64,000 bases of DNA from a virus (taxonomy: Duplodnaviria; Caudoviricetes), in the IMG/VR virus record IMGVR_UViG_3300015360_000023, positions 64,001 to 128,000 of that record; one strand, written 5' to 3'. Position 1 is the stretch's first letter; every line of letters starts with the position of its first letter. The position numbers and the translations under genes were made by a program. Below the pieces are notes generated by a model. That model had not been told where the DNA came from, made no database searches, and saw only the letters and a program-made list of their open reading frames with translations. Positions 28,129 through 39,406 of this stretch are shown here, piece after piece.

Positions 28129-31100
28129 ATGGTCACAATACGCTCAGTAAACGAAATCATCTTAAGCTTGATAGACTACTACAGGTTAGCCCAACCTGAT
28201 TTAGATACCAAACCGGGCACCGTGGCTCGCGATTTGATGATCGACGGCCCTTCGAGCCAGCTTGCTTTGCTATATGACCAACTATCAAGCGTCTCTAGTC
28301 AGCAATCTATGAGACTTGTTATTGGTGCCGACCTGGACAAGCTAGCCAAAAACTTCGGAGTTATTAGAAAGCAATCTACTTCTGCTACAGGAGTCGCTCT
28401 ATTAACCTTTGCATCCATTAATGCACCTATTCCTATTAACACCGGAAGCTTAGTTATTTCTAATAATGGTTTTTCTTACTCTATTACTTCAGGAGTCTCA
28501 GTTACTCCTGGCTCTTCTAACTTCTATCGTTCAGTAGCTAGTAAATTTCAAGACCAACTAGATGCTGCCGGAATTAAAGATCAATATGCGGTTGAAGTTA
28601 CTGTCATAGCAACCACCGCAGGCTCTTCTGGTAACATTGGAACACTATCTCTAAATAGAACTAACGTCTCTGGCGTCTCCAACGTAACCAATATAAATTC
28701 ATTTACTGGCGGGACTGATCAAGAAGATGACTCTAACTTCCGTAATCGCGTCCTCGCGGCCTTTAGCGGGTCGAGCATAGGAACTGCCTTGGGCTACCTA
28801 AACACCGCCCTAGGTACCACTGGCGTGTCGGACGCGGCCGTTATTGAACCAGGCGATGCTCTAATGACCAGAGACGGCACCGTTGTCAGCATAGCTAGCG
28901 ACGGAACTCGTACTATTGTCTCAGAGGGCTCTGGAGGAAAAGTAGATGTTATTGTTCTAGGTTCTAGCTTAGTTCAAAATACAGATACTTTCATTTACAA
29001 AGATAAAAGCAACAACACAGATCCTACTAGTGTTAAAAATGATGTGGTCATTGGTCAAATTGCGGCTGATGTTAATAAAACTATTAACAGAAAAAGAATT
29101 GATGATCTTAAAGCTGGTCAAGTTCCAGCTCAACCAGTTAATGATATACTAACTGTTACTGGATCTATAAGCGGCTCCAATTTTATTGCCAAAACAACAG
29201 ATACTTATGGCAGAGTCTCTGGAAATTTTGAATTACTTAAAGATACTGGTGTTTACGGCGGCAGCCCTTTTGGATTTGATACGTTTCATTGGGTCTCCAA
29301 TAAAATTTCATTATTCAGTGAAGATAGAATTAAGAGCCAGTTCAACGGACAAGACCCTACAACATTTACTGATGTATTAGAGATTCCTCAAGTTCAACAA
29401 AGCCTTTCTATTACTAACGAAAACAGCATCGTTACTAGTGATAAATCTATTATTCAATTACTTCATACACCAGCTACTAGTATTACTAGAGTTTTCAATG
29501 TTAACACTGGTGAAAGATATATTATCACAGATCAAGATCTTGATGAGACCGGCGTATACAATACTACTGGACGTATTCAAATCTCTGGTAACACGCTACC
29601 ATCCACTAGTGACCTACTACAGGTAGACTATAGCTGGATCGTTAATTTTGATCAGCATTCCGATTATGATGGGTTAACCCAAACAAGTAATCCAAGAAAC
29701 GTTACAGATAGCATTGACTGGGGTTACTCTTCCGCCATTCATAATGAGCGAGTCAACTTTGTACTAACGGTTGGAGACAACTTCTTTACCGGAACAACCA
29801 GCCACCCAGTTGATACTGTGGTTTCTACCAATGTATTTACTGAGGTTGATGCTGCGGTTACCTTGGTTACTTCCGGAACTTATGTTAATAGGCTCTCTGT
29901 CGTTATTGATCATTTACCAGTAACTGTAGATAGCGTTGATCAGATAACTCTTAAGAATTCTAATATTGAAATTTACAATAGCGCTCAAGCAAACGGTAGT
30001 TTCACTGTAACTACCGAAGTAGTTGGTATTGAAATTCTATATGTATTAACGGTTATCTTACCAAATGATACGGTAGCTAAGGCTGGCGATACTGTTAGCG
30101 TTATTCTAAATAGCACTAATGTCTTTCACTCTGAAGAAACGGCCGGTAGTAGCAGCGGTACACAGATTACCATTCCAAGTTCTTTAATTAATACTACAGC
30201 TACTAACATCACCTTACTAGTAACTTACATTGCGAATATCACTGATTTGTTTGCGGCCTCTGTTACTGCCCTTCCATCGAGCAAGGTCGGCAATGGATTC
30301 AACCTATCTAACAACAACGGGTTCCCAAATTTTAGCTCGGCCAATACATCTGTTAGAGAGAATCAAATTGTTCAGCAAAACCTTAGCAATCAATATTATA
30401 TTGAAGTAACTGCGCCTAGTGCTGATTTCACCATTGCAGCTTCGCAAGTTGTTTCCATTATCAGACTATCTGACGGATATGAATTATGGTCGGCCAATCA
30501 TCCCGGAACCATCGATATTGGAATTTCGGGTAATTACCAATTTATTTTACCAGGTTTAAACACGCCAGCTACTGGGGACAGAGTTTTGGCCGTTTATTAT
30601 TCTACAGATATCAGAAGGTTTCAACCATTTAGTTTTAGCAACTCTTTGATTAAGACAAGGGTACATAACTTAGCTTATGTAGCTCCTGCCAATACAAAGT
30701 TTAGCGTTCCATTAAATAGTTTCACTAATGCCACAGGGTTATCTTTTTATGTTATTGAGCCTAATACAGATATTGTCTTGTTATCTGGTTCAGATGGCGT
30801 GTTAACTACCAGCATAAGCGGTAGTGCTAATTTCACCAGCTCTACTGTTGACTTTTCTGATCAAGTAGATATTACACATAAAAAGATAAAAATAGTAACG
30901 CCAGTTAGCGGACTTACTCGTTTGAATAACGATGGCGTTTATGATATTACTAGTTATACTTTGAGCGGTAATAGTTTGGTTATTACTGAGGTGTTAAGTA
31001 ATATAAATAAAGATAACATCTCTGTTATTAGAGTAGTTGATGGCAAGGAAGTTTGGGGTTATTCTGGAACTATAGATCTAGCTAACAATAGAATAACTTT

Positions 31101-32241
31101 CCCAGTTACTGCCGCCGCCTCTGTTAATGACGTGGTGTTTGTTATGTACTATAATTTTAGTAACCTAAGAAGGTCTCCTACTAGACTTGTTGGTGCAACT
31201 GTTGACCAAATCGTTAACACCGGAATTATTACGGTAGCAGGCAGCACGCTTTCTAAAGCAGAGGGAATCATCTTTACCTCCACAAATACTGGTTTGAAGT
31301 TAAATCTTGCAGAAGCTTTGAGAAAATCACTTTCCTTAAGTTCCGTTGCTTCAATCCCAAGTAACGTTAGAATTGCTAAAATAATCAAGGCAGAAAAGGT
31401 AGTTACGGCTAGCAGCGCGGATGACACGGTTCTAGAAACCCTCACCACTTACGATATATCTGGCACTACTATTCAGAACAATTTACTTTATAGTTCTGAT
31501 ATGTTAGCCGATCCAACATTACAGGCATTAGATTTTATTCTGCCTTCAACTGCAAACAACACACTTAACACCACGCCAGTTAACTTACCAACTATTGGTG
31601 ATAAAATTAGAGTTACATTTTATTATGTAACTGATAATGATAGTGAGAATCTTTCATATACTCGAAATGGAACGTTATATACAAATAAGAAGTTTGCTAT
31701 AATTAATAAGATCTTTACGGCTTCTGGATTTAAAGCATCTCAGTCAACCAGATTTACGGCGACCTCTTTCACTCAACCTGGCCTTGGAAGCAGATACAAA
31801 GCATTGTATGACTATATTGCTCCCAAGCAAAATGAAAGAATTGTAGTTACTTACAATTACAATAAACTAATTGGCGACGTTACCTTTAGTGTTGAAGCAG
31901 CAAGACCAATTAATGCTGACGTCTTAGTAAGACAGGCCAATCAAATAGATCTAGATTTAACTATCAATGTAGTTATTGACTCAGCATTTACAAGTTCAGC
32001 TACTAATGTAGTACAAAATTTACGTAATCAGCTTATTACGGCCATGACTACGAGCACGCTAGCACAAATTGTAGACTCTCCTACATTAATCAACGTAGCT
32101 CAGGCAGTTAGTGGTATAGCTAGGGCAAGAATCTTGTACTTCAATAAAAATGGTCAACCAGGAACAGTTTTGAAAGTTCAAGCTCAAGGTGATGAGTACT
32201 TCGCACCAAATAATATAATCATTAACACCGAAACAAGATAA
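28129..32241 (+). CDS. baseplate J-like (gp6-like) wedge protein with large insertions
   Basis: DLDTKPGTVARDL...GADLDKLAKNFGVIRK...ATGVALLT and FTGGTDQEDDSNFRNRVL are baseplate-J motifs. Confidence 0.85.
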   Translation: MVTIRSVNEIILSLIDYYRLAQPDLDTKPGTVARDLMIDGPSSQLALLYDQLSSVSSQQSMRLVIGADLDKLAKNFGVIRKQSTSATGVALLTFASINAPIPINTGSLVISNNGFSYSITSGVSVTPGSSNFYRSVASKFQDQLDAAGIKDQYAVEVTVIATTAGSSGNIGTLSLNRTNVSGVSNVTNINSFTGGTDQEDDSNFRNRVLAAFSGSSIGTALGYLNTALGTTGVSDAAVIEPGDALMTRDGTVVSIASDGTRTIVSEGSGGKVDVIVLGSSLVQNTDTFIYKDKSNNTDPTSVKNDVVIGQIAADVNKTINRKRIDDLKAGQVPAQPVNDILTVTGSISGSNFIAKTTDTYGRVSGNFELLKDTGVYGGSPFGFDTFHWVSNKISLFSEDRIKSQFNGQDPTTFTDVLEIPQVQQSLSITNENSIVTSDKSIIQLLHTPATSITRVFNVNTGERYIITDQDLDETGVYNTTGRIQISGNTLPSTSDLLQVDYSWIVNFDQHSDYDGLTQTSNPRNVTDSIDWGYSSAIHNERVNFVLTVGDNFFTGTTSHPVDTVVSTNVFTEVDAAVTLVTSGTYVNRLSVVIDHLPVTVDSVDQITLKNSNIEIYNSAQANGSFTVTTEVVGIEILYVLTVILPNDTVAKAGDTVSVILNSTNVFHSEETAGSSSGTQITIPSSLINTTATNITLLVTYIANITDLFAASVTALPSSKVGNGFNLSNNNGFPNFSSANTSVRENQIVQQNLSNQYYIEVTAPSADFTIAASQVVSIIRLSDGYELWSANHPGTIDIGISGNYQFILPGLNTPATGDRVLAVYYSTDIRRFQPFSFSNSLIKTRVHNLAYVAPANTKFSVPLNSFTNATGLSFYVIEPNTDIVLLSGSDGVLTTSISGSANFTSSTVDFSDQVDITHKKIKIVTPVSGLTRLNNDGVYDITSYTLSGNSLVITEVLSNINKDNISVIRVVDGKEVWGYSGTIDLANNRITFPVTAAASVNDVVFVMYYNFSNLRRSPTRLVGATVDQIVNTGIITVAGSTLSKAEGIIFTSTNTGLKLNLAEALRKSLSLSSVASIPSNVRIAKIIKAEKVVTASSADDTVLETLTTYDISGTTIQNNLLYSSDMLADPTLQALDFILPSTANNTLNTTPVNLPTIGDKIRVTFYYVTDNDSENLSYTRNGTLYTNKKFAIINKIFTASGFKASQSTRFTATSFTQPGLGSRYKALYDYIAPKQNERIVVTYNYNKLIGDVTFSVEAARPINADVLVRQANQIDLDLTINVVIDSAFTSSATNVVQNLRNQLITAMTTSTLAQIVDSPTLINVAQAVSGIARARILYFNKNGQPGTVLKVQAQGDEYFAPNNIIINTETR

Positions 32242-32243
32242 AC

Positions 32244-35200
32244 ATGGTTGGCAAACTAAGTATCATCAATGTCAAAGTCGTAGATAATTCAAATATAGAT
32301 GTCACTTTTTCTTCGACTTTAACAGCTAATTTGATTACGTCTAACGTTACTATCGTTAGCGATACTATCGGTGCGCCTGATTCTGAGATATTAAATGTTA
32401 AAGTTTCTGGAGCTTTACTATCAATCACTTGCCAGCCGCTCACTCCATTAGCTTCTTATTTCATAATTTTTAAGTCATCTCCGTTGCACCCATTTCAATC
32501 ATTGAATGGTGATTTTTACTTACCAGAAGATGGTGTTAATAACAAGTATGGCATTACTGCTCAGTTAGATGCCGATAATCCTATTAAGAATTATCTTGGC
32601 GCTTTCTTTAGAGATAACGTCTATAAACTAGATGATGATAATACGCTTGTAGCTAAATACATTCAATCTCTTGCTGTTGTTTTATCAAGAGCGCTTTATG
32701 ATATTGGTCAAGTTAAAAATGAAAACTACTTATCTTTCACTATAGCAGATGAAAGAAGAATTAGGGGAGCGGGAGCTTTTGATAGACTAGATGAAGAGGG
32801 CGCGTATTCCGTCTCAAGAGTAGGTAGAACTCCTACTGGATTCGCCGCTAATCAAACTTTTGTATTCTCTTCTTTCCCTACATTCCCGGTCACTTTGCAA
32901 AAGCAAAGCAGCGTCGAAACATTAACGCCAAACACTATTGATGATGCAGGCTTCTTTGATATTAATAACCTAACTCTTAATTTAAACAAGTCTCCAGTTA
33001 CTAGAGTTACTAGTGTTGTATTTACTCTTAACACAATCACCCCTGTATATACATATGATATTGAGCGACACGGATATCAGATTAAAGATTCTAGATACTC
33101 TCAGGATTATGGGTTTACGTACCTACAATTAGCTGATAACCAAATTAGACTTAGCGATCAAATCATATCTGATCCATTATTTGATTTAACTAAAATTATT
33201 CAAGTAGAAGTTCAGTACGAATACAAGAATTTAGGAATCATAGTTAACCCAGCAAGCGTGGTAGTTTATTCATCCGAGATTTCTCCTAGAGAAGTTCTTC
33301 CACCAATCATAAACGTTTTTAATCTGGCACACGCTCCAATCATTGATAGCTCTAATAGAATTTCTACTTTAGCTGGTGCCACTTTTGATGACCCTAATTC
33401 CAATACTGGTTCGACCCACCCAGCTTTTAAATTTGAAATTCCGTTTAGATTTGATGCTTTGCCATCAGCTCCAGGACAGTATGCTGTCGACTATAATACG
33501 GGCACAGTCTACGTCTATGGCGCCGACTTAACCAATGATGGTACTGGCCCATTTCCCCCATTAGCTACTTATAGATATAGGCTGGTATATCAATCTGAAA
33601 TTGATTACACGTATGATGATGACTTTCGTGATATTGTTGCTTTGCCTACGGGTAGCTTAGTTGAAGCGCCAGGTAACGTAGCCTTTTCTTACGAAGAAGT
33701 ATTGGTTGCAGGAATCGATTACGAGGCCAAATTACACTCAGAAGAACTTACTGAAAGAATTGATAACAACTTAGTAGCTTTCAACGTTTTAAGAACTAAG
33801 CACACGCCCATCACTAATGTCTTTAGAGTTTACAATGAAACTTCTGGAGAAATTTATACCATCAATAGATGGAGTGATGAGAAAATCTATTTTAGATACA
33901 ACACTCCTCCTCGACTTGTAGCCAGGATCGCTGAGCGCGCCACCTTCAATACAATTCCTAATGAGAAGCTATTTATACATACTACATTAGTAAATAGCTC
34001 TTCACTTAAAATTTTCCAAATATTTCTTAACAAGAATAGAGTTGTATCTTCTACTGAAGACGGTCTAGGGGCTTTCTTGAATAACAGCCTTTCATTAACT
34101 GATGCGAATGTATTTGTTAGTGAAAGATGGTATGATTCAGAATTTAGTCAAACAGTTAACATTGATAAGTTAACTATTATTGGCGAATACATGGTAGATT
34201 ATCTAAATGGAGTAATCTATTGTGCAGTTTCTAATACTCAAGGATTAGAGATTGGAACGGCCACCTATAAGAGTAGTGATATCGTTCCTGAGTTTCCACA
34301 TTTGATTGCGGTTGATGATATTTATTATCAAATTAGTCCACTTAATGAGAAGAACAAGAAATTTTCTTTTACTTCATTTGATGATGGGATCATTTCTCCA
34401 GAACTGTTAGAAATTGTTGATGAAAAATTCCTTAATGGATTTGTCGGAGCGCCTTACCAGCTCTTCAGTAAGTCTGTTGGAACTTTCTCTGGAACCTCCT
34501 TTATTTCTGGAGTAACCAATTCAGTTAAACTTGTTCGTGGACTTTATGAACACGAAGATCTAGTCTACAGCACTCGACCATTTAATTTTGCTCAATCAAG
34601 TTCATCCAACGGATTCAATGTAACAGTTAATTCTTATAGTAAACAAATTTTTGAAACAGTTCAATATGATGGAATGGATTATTACGTCAACATCAATGAG
34701 AGCGTTCCTTACTTATCAAGTAACATTACTTACGACTTCAGCGTAATAAGGGTCTCTGATGGATATCAACTATGGGATAACTCAGGAACAGTTGTTCCGG
34801 GCAGTTCAATTAAATTGATTTTTTCTGGAGTCAATTCTCCGGCCCTAGGAGACCAAGTTAATGTTATTTACTCCTTTACTATTAATGATTTATCTAGAGT
34901 TATCGTAGATTATAATAAAGGTGATTACTTTATAGACTATACTTATTTAGCAGATGAAATTATCGTTAGCTATGAATATGGTGATAACGTTCTTGATTTT
35001 CGCCGTAACACTAATTTACCTACCGACACCAATTACTTCGTTACTTATAAGGCGGGAGCCCTTAGAGATGCCTTATTAAAGAATTTCGGCACTCTAGTTA
35101 ATATTCCCGAACTATCCAATTTCGATATTGATTTTGATCGTGAGCGTTATCGTGAAGCCTTGATTGCTGCGCTAAGCTCTTTCATTCAGGGTCCAACAGT

Positions 35201-38200
35201 TGCTGCTATTAAAAATATTGGAAAAACGATTTCCCATATTGAGCCTCAGGTTATCGAAGATGCATTTATTGATTGGTCTTTGGGCAGTAGCACGTTGTAC
35301 CCAGAAAACCTAGCTACAACAGGATCATTTGATACTGAATCGGTTAAATACGGTACTGGAATTATTGTTAACGATCCAGGTCAAACTATTCAATTTCCAG
35401 TCAATTCAAACATTAGATTTGAAGAGGGAACTTTTGAAACTTGGACGAAGCCTAAGTGGAATGGCTTAGATAATGATGCTCACTTAATTTTCACCATTCT
35501 AAAAGCTGGTCTTGCTATTCCATCTAATGAGGTCTTCGTTGGTTCATCCGAGTACCACCCAGAATTAGTATCTGGATCATTTACTTTGGGTAAACTGGAC
35601 AATGCTCTAGGTACGCCCAACATCAATAAAGATGGCGTATATATTTACTACGACAAGGATGCATCAGGAAATTTCTATCGTTGGTATGTTAGAGTCATCG
35701 ACGGCTATGTTGTTCCTAATTCTGATACTTATAAAATCACCATTAAGTCTGATGGTAAATTCTATGATAATAAAAGTCTGACTCTACCAAAACCAAGTAA
35801 CTTATCTATCATGAGCGGTAATACCTCTCAAAGCTTTACCTTAACTGGCGGCAGCTTTGGCGTGGATGCCGGTATCACCTTCTTATCTGATTTGGAGCAT
35901 TACCTATTAGATTTTGGAAAAGATAAAGATCATAGTAGACTTTCTATTTATAAAGACGTTAGTGGATATATGAATTTCCGCGTCTTTGACAAAGATGGAC
36001 ATAACTTTACTGTTAGTGCCGACATCTCTGCATGGAGATACAATGAGATCCATCATATTGCGGCTTCCTGGAAACTAAATACAATTAATGGAAGAGATGA
36101 AATGCATTTATTCCTTGATGGATTTGAAGTTCCAAATATCATTAAGTATGGACAAAAATTACAACCATATCTTCATGAAAAATTCCGTACAGTAAATCCG
36201 GAAGAAATCATTGGATTAGTTGATAAGGATATCGTCGGCTCAGTGGATTTGGTAACCAACTTAGGCAGCAACGTAGTTACTTCTACTTTGAATTTTGGAA
36301 CTTACGACATTGATATTGGTGATAATATTATCATTGACGAAGTTGGATTCTCTCCTACTGGTTATACGATCACCAATGTTAGCGGCCAAGCTTTAACTCT
36401 AAGCTCATCAATGCCCACAACTTTGACCAATGGTCGTTTCTCTATCAACCGCACTCAGTTCACTGTTACTTCGGATATTGACACCGCACCAAATATCGCC
36501 GTTACAACTATCCCAACCTTCCTAACTGGAGCAGACGCTACGGGTACCAGCGGGTCTAATGTAATTACTTCTACTCTGATAAATTTTGCTACAAGCGATG
36601 TTGAGCCAGGATTCTTAATTAGAATCGATGCTCTTGGATTTGATATTTATAGTATAGTTCAGGTATCAGGTAATACGGTAACAATCGACGGTCCCTTGCC
36701 CGCCAACTTACCAGCAACAGCTTTCGCAGTTTACAGTAATACTGAAACAGAGATCCCAGGCGTAAGAGCTATTAGACCATCCTACAGCATTACTAAAGAT
36801 GGATACTTTGATAATATACTTACTATTTCAAATAATGTTTATGCTGGCGATTTAATTTTGGTTAGAACTCTAGGACTAAATCACAAAAGTATTAGAAGAT
36901 CTTATTATGTTTGGAGTGATGGTCAAGAGAATGTTTTGATGACTCAGCTTCCACCTCCAATTTCTTTGGATGAAGCTAAGATCACTAAGGTTATCTTGCC
37001 TCGTACTTTCGTAGGGCCAAGTAACTCCACATTAACTCTAGGTGTCTTTGTATCGAATAATTTCCCAGGGTTGCCAACTACTACTTCTCAAAACGGTAGA
37101 ACGCTAACGGTCACACTTTCTGGTAATAATACTGATTTTACTACGCCAGTATCTGTAGTTGTTAATGGTCTTGTTGGGGTTAGTGTTATTAGCGAAACTG
37201 TTAGTTTCACGGATTACGGCAAGCTTGATACGGTTAATAAATTCCTTACGGTTAACTATGTTCAATCATCAGCAATGCCTATTGATGTTCTTAAGAATGC
37301 TGTTACAATTGAAGTAAAAGAAAAATACCCTATTACTTACTCAGAGTCTAGCTCACTGGCCCCAGTAGTTAGATACAGCTACCACATGGGCGGGGGTAGT
37401 AGTCTATACAATGACAGCGCAACCTCTGTTAGAGATGAAAACTTCTTGTTCAGCGGGCTTGATATCGGTAACTATCTAGTTATTCATTCGCCTATGTCTG
37501 TTGCTGGATTCTACATAATTACAGGTTTCTCTGAAGATAGAAAGTCTCTTTTCATTGAGTCCACACTTCAAGCTCCAGCCCAACCACTACCTAATTTCAC
37601 TGATGGAGTTTATCAAGTTCTTAGTGTAAATGATTATAGAAGCGGATTACAGAATGGTTATTTTACCCTAGAGGATGGGGTGTTACCGTCACAGCCCTAC
37701 TTCTTGTTACATGGTTTCTATGAATTAGAATATGATACTTATACGAGTATTCGTTTAGACGCCTCTCCACATAGCGCCTTCTTAGGAACTGATTTCCTTG
37801 GACATCATCAATTTAATGGAACAATCGATCAACTTAAGATTTATTCTGTAATGTTAACCGACACCAGAATTGGGGAAACAATCCCAAGTAATCAAAGATC
37901 AATTACAAAAGATTTTAACTCTCTTAAGGCTTTAAGAACTGATATTAATACTCTTATGTTAGTTAATTTTGATTCATTGCCATTAATAAATGAATCTAAG
38001 TACTATACTAATACAAATAACTACAAGGGCCAATTTCAATCTTCTATTGTTATTAATGAAAATTTTGGAAACAGTCTAGGTATTACTAATAATCCAATCA
38101 TCATAGAAAACACGGGCATTCTAAATACTAAGAAGGAAGGAACTATTGAGTTCTGGGTTAACCCACTATTTGATAGCGCTAACGATCCCTTCGATAGATT

Positions 38201-39398
38201 CTATTTTGATGCGTATGGGGCTAAAATTGAAGAGGCGGTTAGTGTTAATAATGTTGCCGTTAAATTGTCTTCTCCAGCTAGCAGAATTTTAAGTGTTCAT
38301 CTTAAGTCTGGTGATCCTCGTATTGATTATTTCATGGGCGGCAAGATTGAGATTGATACTCAGCATGCCATCCAGGAAGCAGTTACTAGTACGACTAATA
38401 GTTACGTAACTGTTAGCAAGCCAATCCTGCAAATTATCACCGTTAAAATTGTTGGTGACAAAACTGGTACAGATTATTTTCAGACCGGAACCGTTAGTAG
38501 CGATCAGATGACCATTTACTTGGGAAGAAATCTTCCAGCTAGCAACATGCCATTGATAATTACTTATCAAAGCACCGAAAACAAGAATGTGGATTTAAAT
38601 ACTCAGGTTATTAGATTAAATAGGAAGTTACCTTATCAAAACGCTCACGTTGTGGTTAAGTACATCCCTCAAGGTCTACAGGGTGACCGTATCGCTGTCT
38701 TCAAAGACAAGGCAGGCTACGTCAACTTTGGTATCTCTGCCTCTGGTAAAGACTTCGTAGTGCGCGCACCCACTCGCTGGGCCCGTAACACCTGGCATCG
38801 TGTCAAAGCTTCTTATAAAATTAATGGGGAGCTTGGTTCTGATGAAATGAGACTGTTCCTTGATGGGTATCAGTATACGAACATTGCTTTCGGCTCTAGC
38901 ATCCTATTTGGCAAGTCTCCAATTGTATATGGTTCTGCTCAACCTGGTGCCTTCCAAGGAGCGGATGGGTATACCTTTGTTCAGAGTATCAAATTCAAAG
39001 ACTCAATAAATGATCTATATATTGGAACACAATACACTGGTGAGAACCCGGTCTTTGCCTTATTAGATAATTTTAGAATCAGCACTATTTCTAGGCCAGT
39101 CTATGCGCCGTATGGTGAACCGTTAGACGTCAATTATAGCACTAACTTAAATACAGTCTTCCCAGTTACTGAGGACTTGTTCACTACTTACTTAATGAAT
39201 TTTGACAAAAAGATGGTTCTGAATGATAATTTCGCTATTCTCAAAAACAGAAAGACCGGACTATTTGATTTTTCAGTAAATATTATAGATTCTTTTGGTA
39301 TAGTAAACAGTAGCATTAAGGTACAGGAAGTTTTGGAGAAGTTGATAAAAGTGCTAAAGCCGGCTAACTCCAGGGTATTTATCCAGTATATTAGGTGA
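32244..39398 (+). CDS. giant baseplate wedge protein (gpI/gp7-like) with two LamG/ConA-like domains
   Basis: ERYREALIAAL...GPTVAAIK and terminal LIKVLKPANSRVFIQY are wedge motifs. EGTFETWTKP...HHIAASW...LFLDG...FNGTIDQLKIY and EGTIEFWVNP...WHRVKASY...LFLDG...LDNFRIS are LamG motifs. Confidence 0.65.
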   Translation: MVGKLSIINVKVVDNSNIDVTFSSTLTANLITSNVTIVSDTIGAPDSEILNVKVSGALLSITCQPLTPLASYFIIFKSSPLHPFQSLNGDFYLPEDGVNNKYGITAQLDADNPIKNYLGAFFRDNVYKLDDDNTLVAKYIQSLAVVLSRALYDIGQVKNENYLSFTIADERRIRGAGAFDRLDEEGAYSVSRVGRTPTGFAANQTFVFSSFPTFPVTLQKQSSVETLTPNTIDDAGFFDINNLTLNLNKSPVTRVTSVVFTLNTITPVYTYDIERHGYQIKDSRYSQDYGFTYLQLADNQIRLSDQIISDPLFDLTKIIQVEVQYEYKNLGIIVNPASVVVYSSEISPREVLPPIINVFNLAHAPIIDSSNRISTLAGATFDDPNSNTGSTHPAFKFEIPFRFDALPSAPGQYAVDYNTGTVYVYGADLTNDGTGPFPPLATYRYRLVYQSEIDYTYDDDFRDIVALPTGSLVEAPGNVAFSYEEVLVAGIDYEAKLHSEELTERIDNNLVAFNVLRTKHTPITNVFRVYNETSGEIYTINRWSDEKIYFRYNTPPRLVARIAERATFNTIPNEKLFIHTTLVNSSSLKIFQIFLNKNRVVSSTEDGLGAFLNNSLSLTDANVFVSERWYDSEFSQTVNIDKLTIIGEYMVDYLNGVIYCAVSNTQGLEIGTATYKSSDIVPEFPHLIAVDDIYYQISPLNEKNKKFSFTSFDDGIISPELLEIVDEKFLNGFVGAPYQLFSKSVGTFSGTSFISGVTNSVKLVRGLYEHEDLVYSTRPFNFAQSSSSNGFNVTVNSYSKQIFETVQYDGMDYYVNINESVPYLSSNITYDFSVIRVSDGYQLWDNSGTVVPGSSIKLIFSGVNSPALGDQVNVIYSFTINDLSRVIVDYNKGDYFIDYTYLADEIIVSYEYGDNVLDFRRNTNLPTDTNYFVTYKAGALRDALLKNFGTLVNIPELSNFDIDFDRERYREALIAALSSFIQGPTVAAIKNIGKTISHIEPQVIEDAFIDWSLGSSTLYPENLATTGSFDTESVKYGTGIIVNDPGQTIQFPVNSNIRFEEGTFETWTKPKWNGLDNDAHLIFTILKAGLAIPSNEVFVGSSEYHPELVSGSFTLGKLDNALGTPNINKDGVYIYYDKDASGNFYRWYVRVIDGYVVPNSDTYKITIKSDGKFYDNKSLTLPKPSNLSIMSGNTSQSFTLTGGSFGVDAGITFLSDLEHYLLDFGKDKDHSRLSIYKDVSGYMNFRVFDKDGHNFTVSADISAWRYNEIHHIAASWKLNTINGRDEMHLFLDGFEVPNIIKYGQKLQPYLHEKFRTVNPEEIIGLVDKDIVGSVDLVTNLGSNVVTSTLNFGTYDIDIGDNIIIDEVGFSPTGYTITNVSGQALTLSSSMPTTLTNGRFSINRTQFTVTSDIDTAPNIAVTTIPTFLTGADATGTSGSNVITSTLINFATSDVEPGFLIRIDALGFDIYSIVQVSGNTVTIDGPLPANLPATAFAVYSNTETEIPGVRAIRPSYSITKDGYFDNILTISNNVYAGDLILVRTLGLNHKSIRRSYYVWSDGQENVLMTQLPPPISLDEAKITKVILPRTFVGPSNSTLTLGVFVSNNFPGLPTTTSQNGRTLTVTLSGNNTDFTTPVSVVVNGLVGVSVISETVSFTDYGKLDTVNKFLTVNYVQSSAMPIDVLKNAVTIEVKEKYPITYSESSSLAPVVRYSYHMGGGSSLYNDSATSVRDENFLFSGLDIGNYLVIHSPMSVAGFYIITGFSEDRKSLFIESTLQAPAQPLPNFTDGVYQVLSVNDYRSGLQNGYFTLEDGVLPSQPYFLLHGFYELEYDTYTSIRLDASPHSAFLGTDFLGHHQFNGTIDQLKIYSVMLTDTRIGETIPSNQRSITKDFNSLKALRTDINTLMLVNFDSLPLINESKYYTNTNNYKGQFQSSIVINENFGNSLGITNNPIIIENTGILNTKKEGTIEFWVNPLFDSANDPFDRFYFDAYGAKIEEAVSVNNVAVKLSSPASRILSVHLKSGDPRIDYFMGGKIEIDTQHAIQEAVTSTTNSYVTVSKPILQIITVKIVGDKTGTDYFQTGTVSSDQMTIYLGRNLPASNMPLIITYQSTENKNVDLNTQVIRLNRKLPYQNAHVVVKYIPQGLQGDRIAVFKDKAGYVNFGISASGKDFVVRAPTRWARNTWHRVKASYKINGELGSDEMRLFLDGYQYTNIAFGSSILFGKSPIVYGSAQPGAFQGADGYTFVQSIKFKDSINDLYIGTQYTGENPVFALLDNFRISTISRPVYAPYGEPLDVNYSTNLNTVFPVTEDLFTTYLMNFDKKMVLNDNFAILKNRKTGLFDFSVNIIDSFGIVNSSIKVQEVLEKLIKVLKPANSRVFIQYIR

Positions 39399-39406
39399 GA
39401 TAGATT

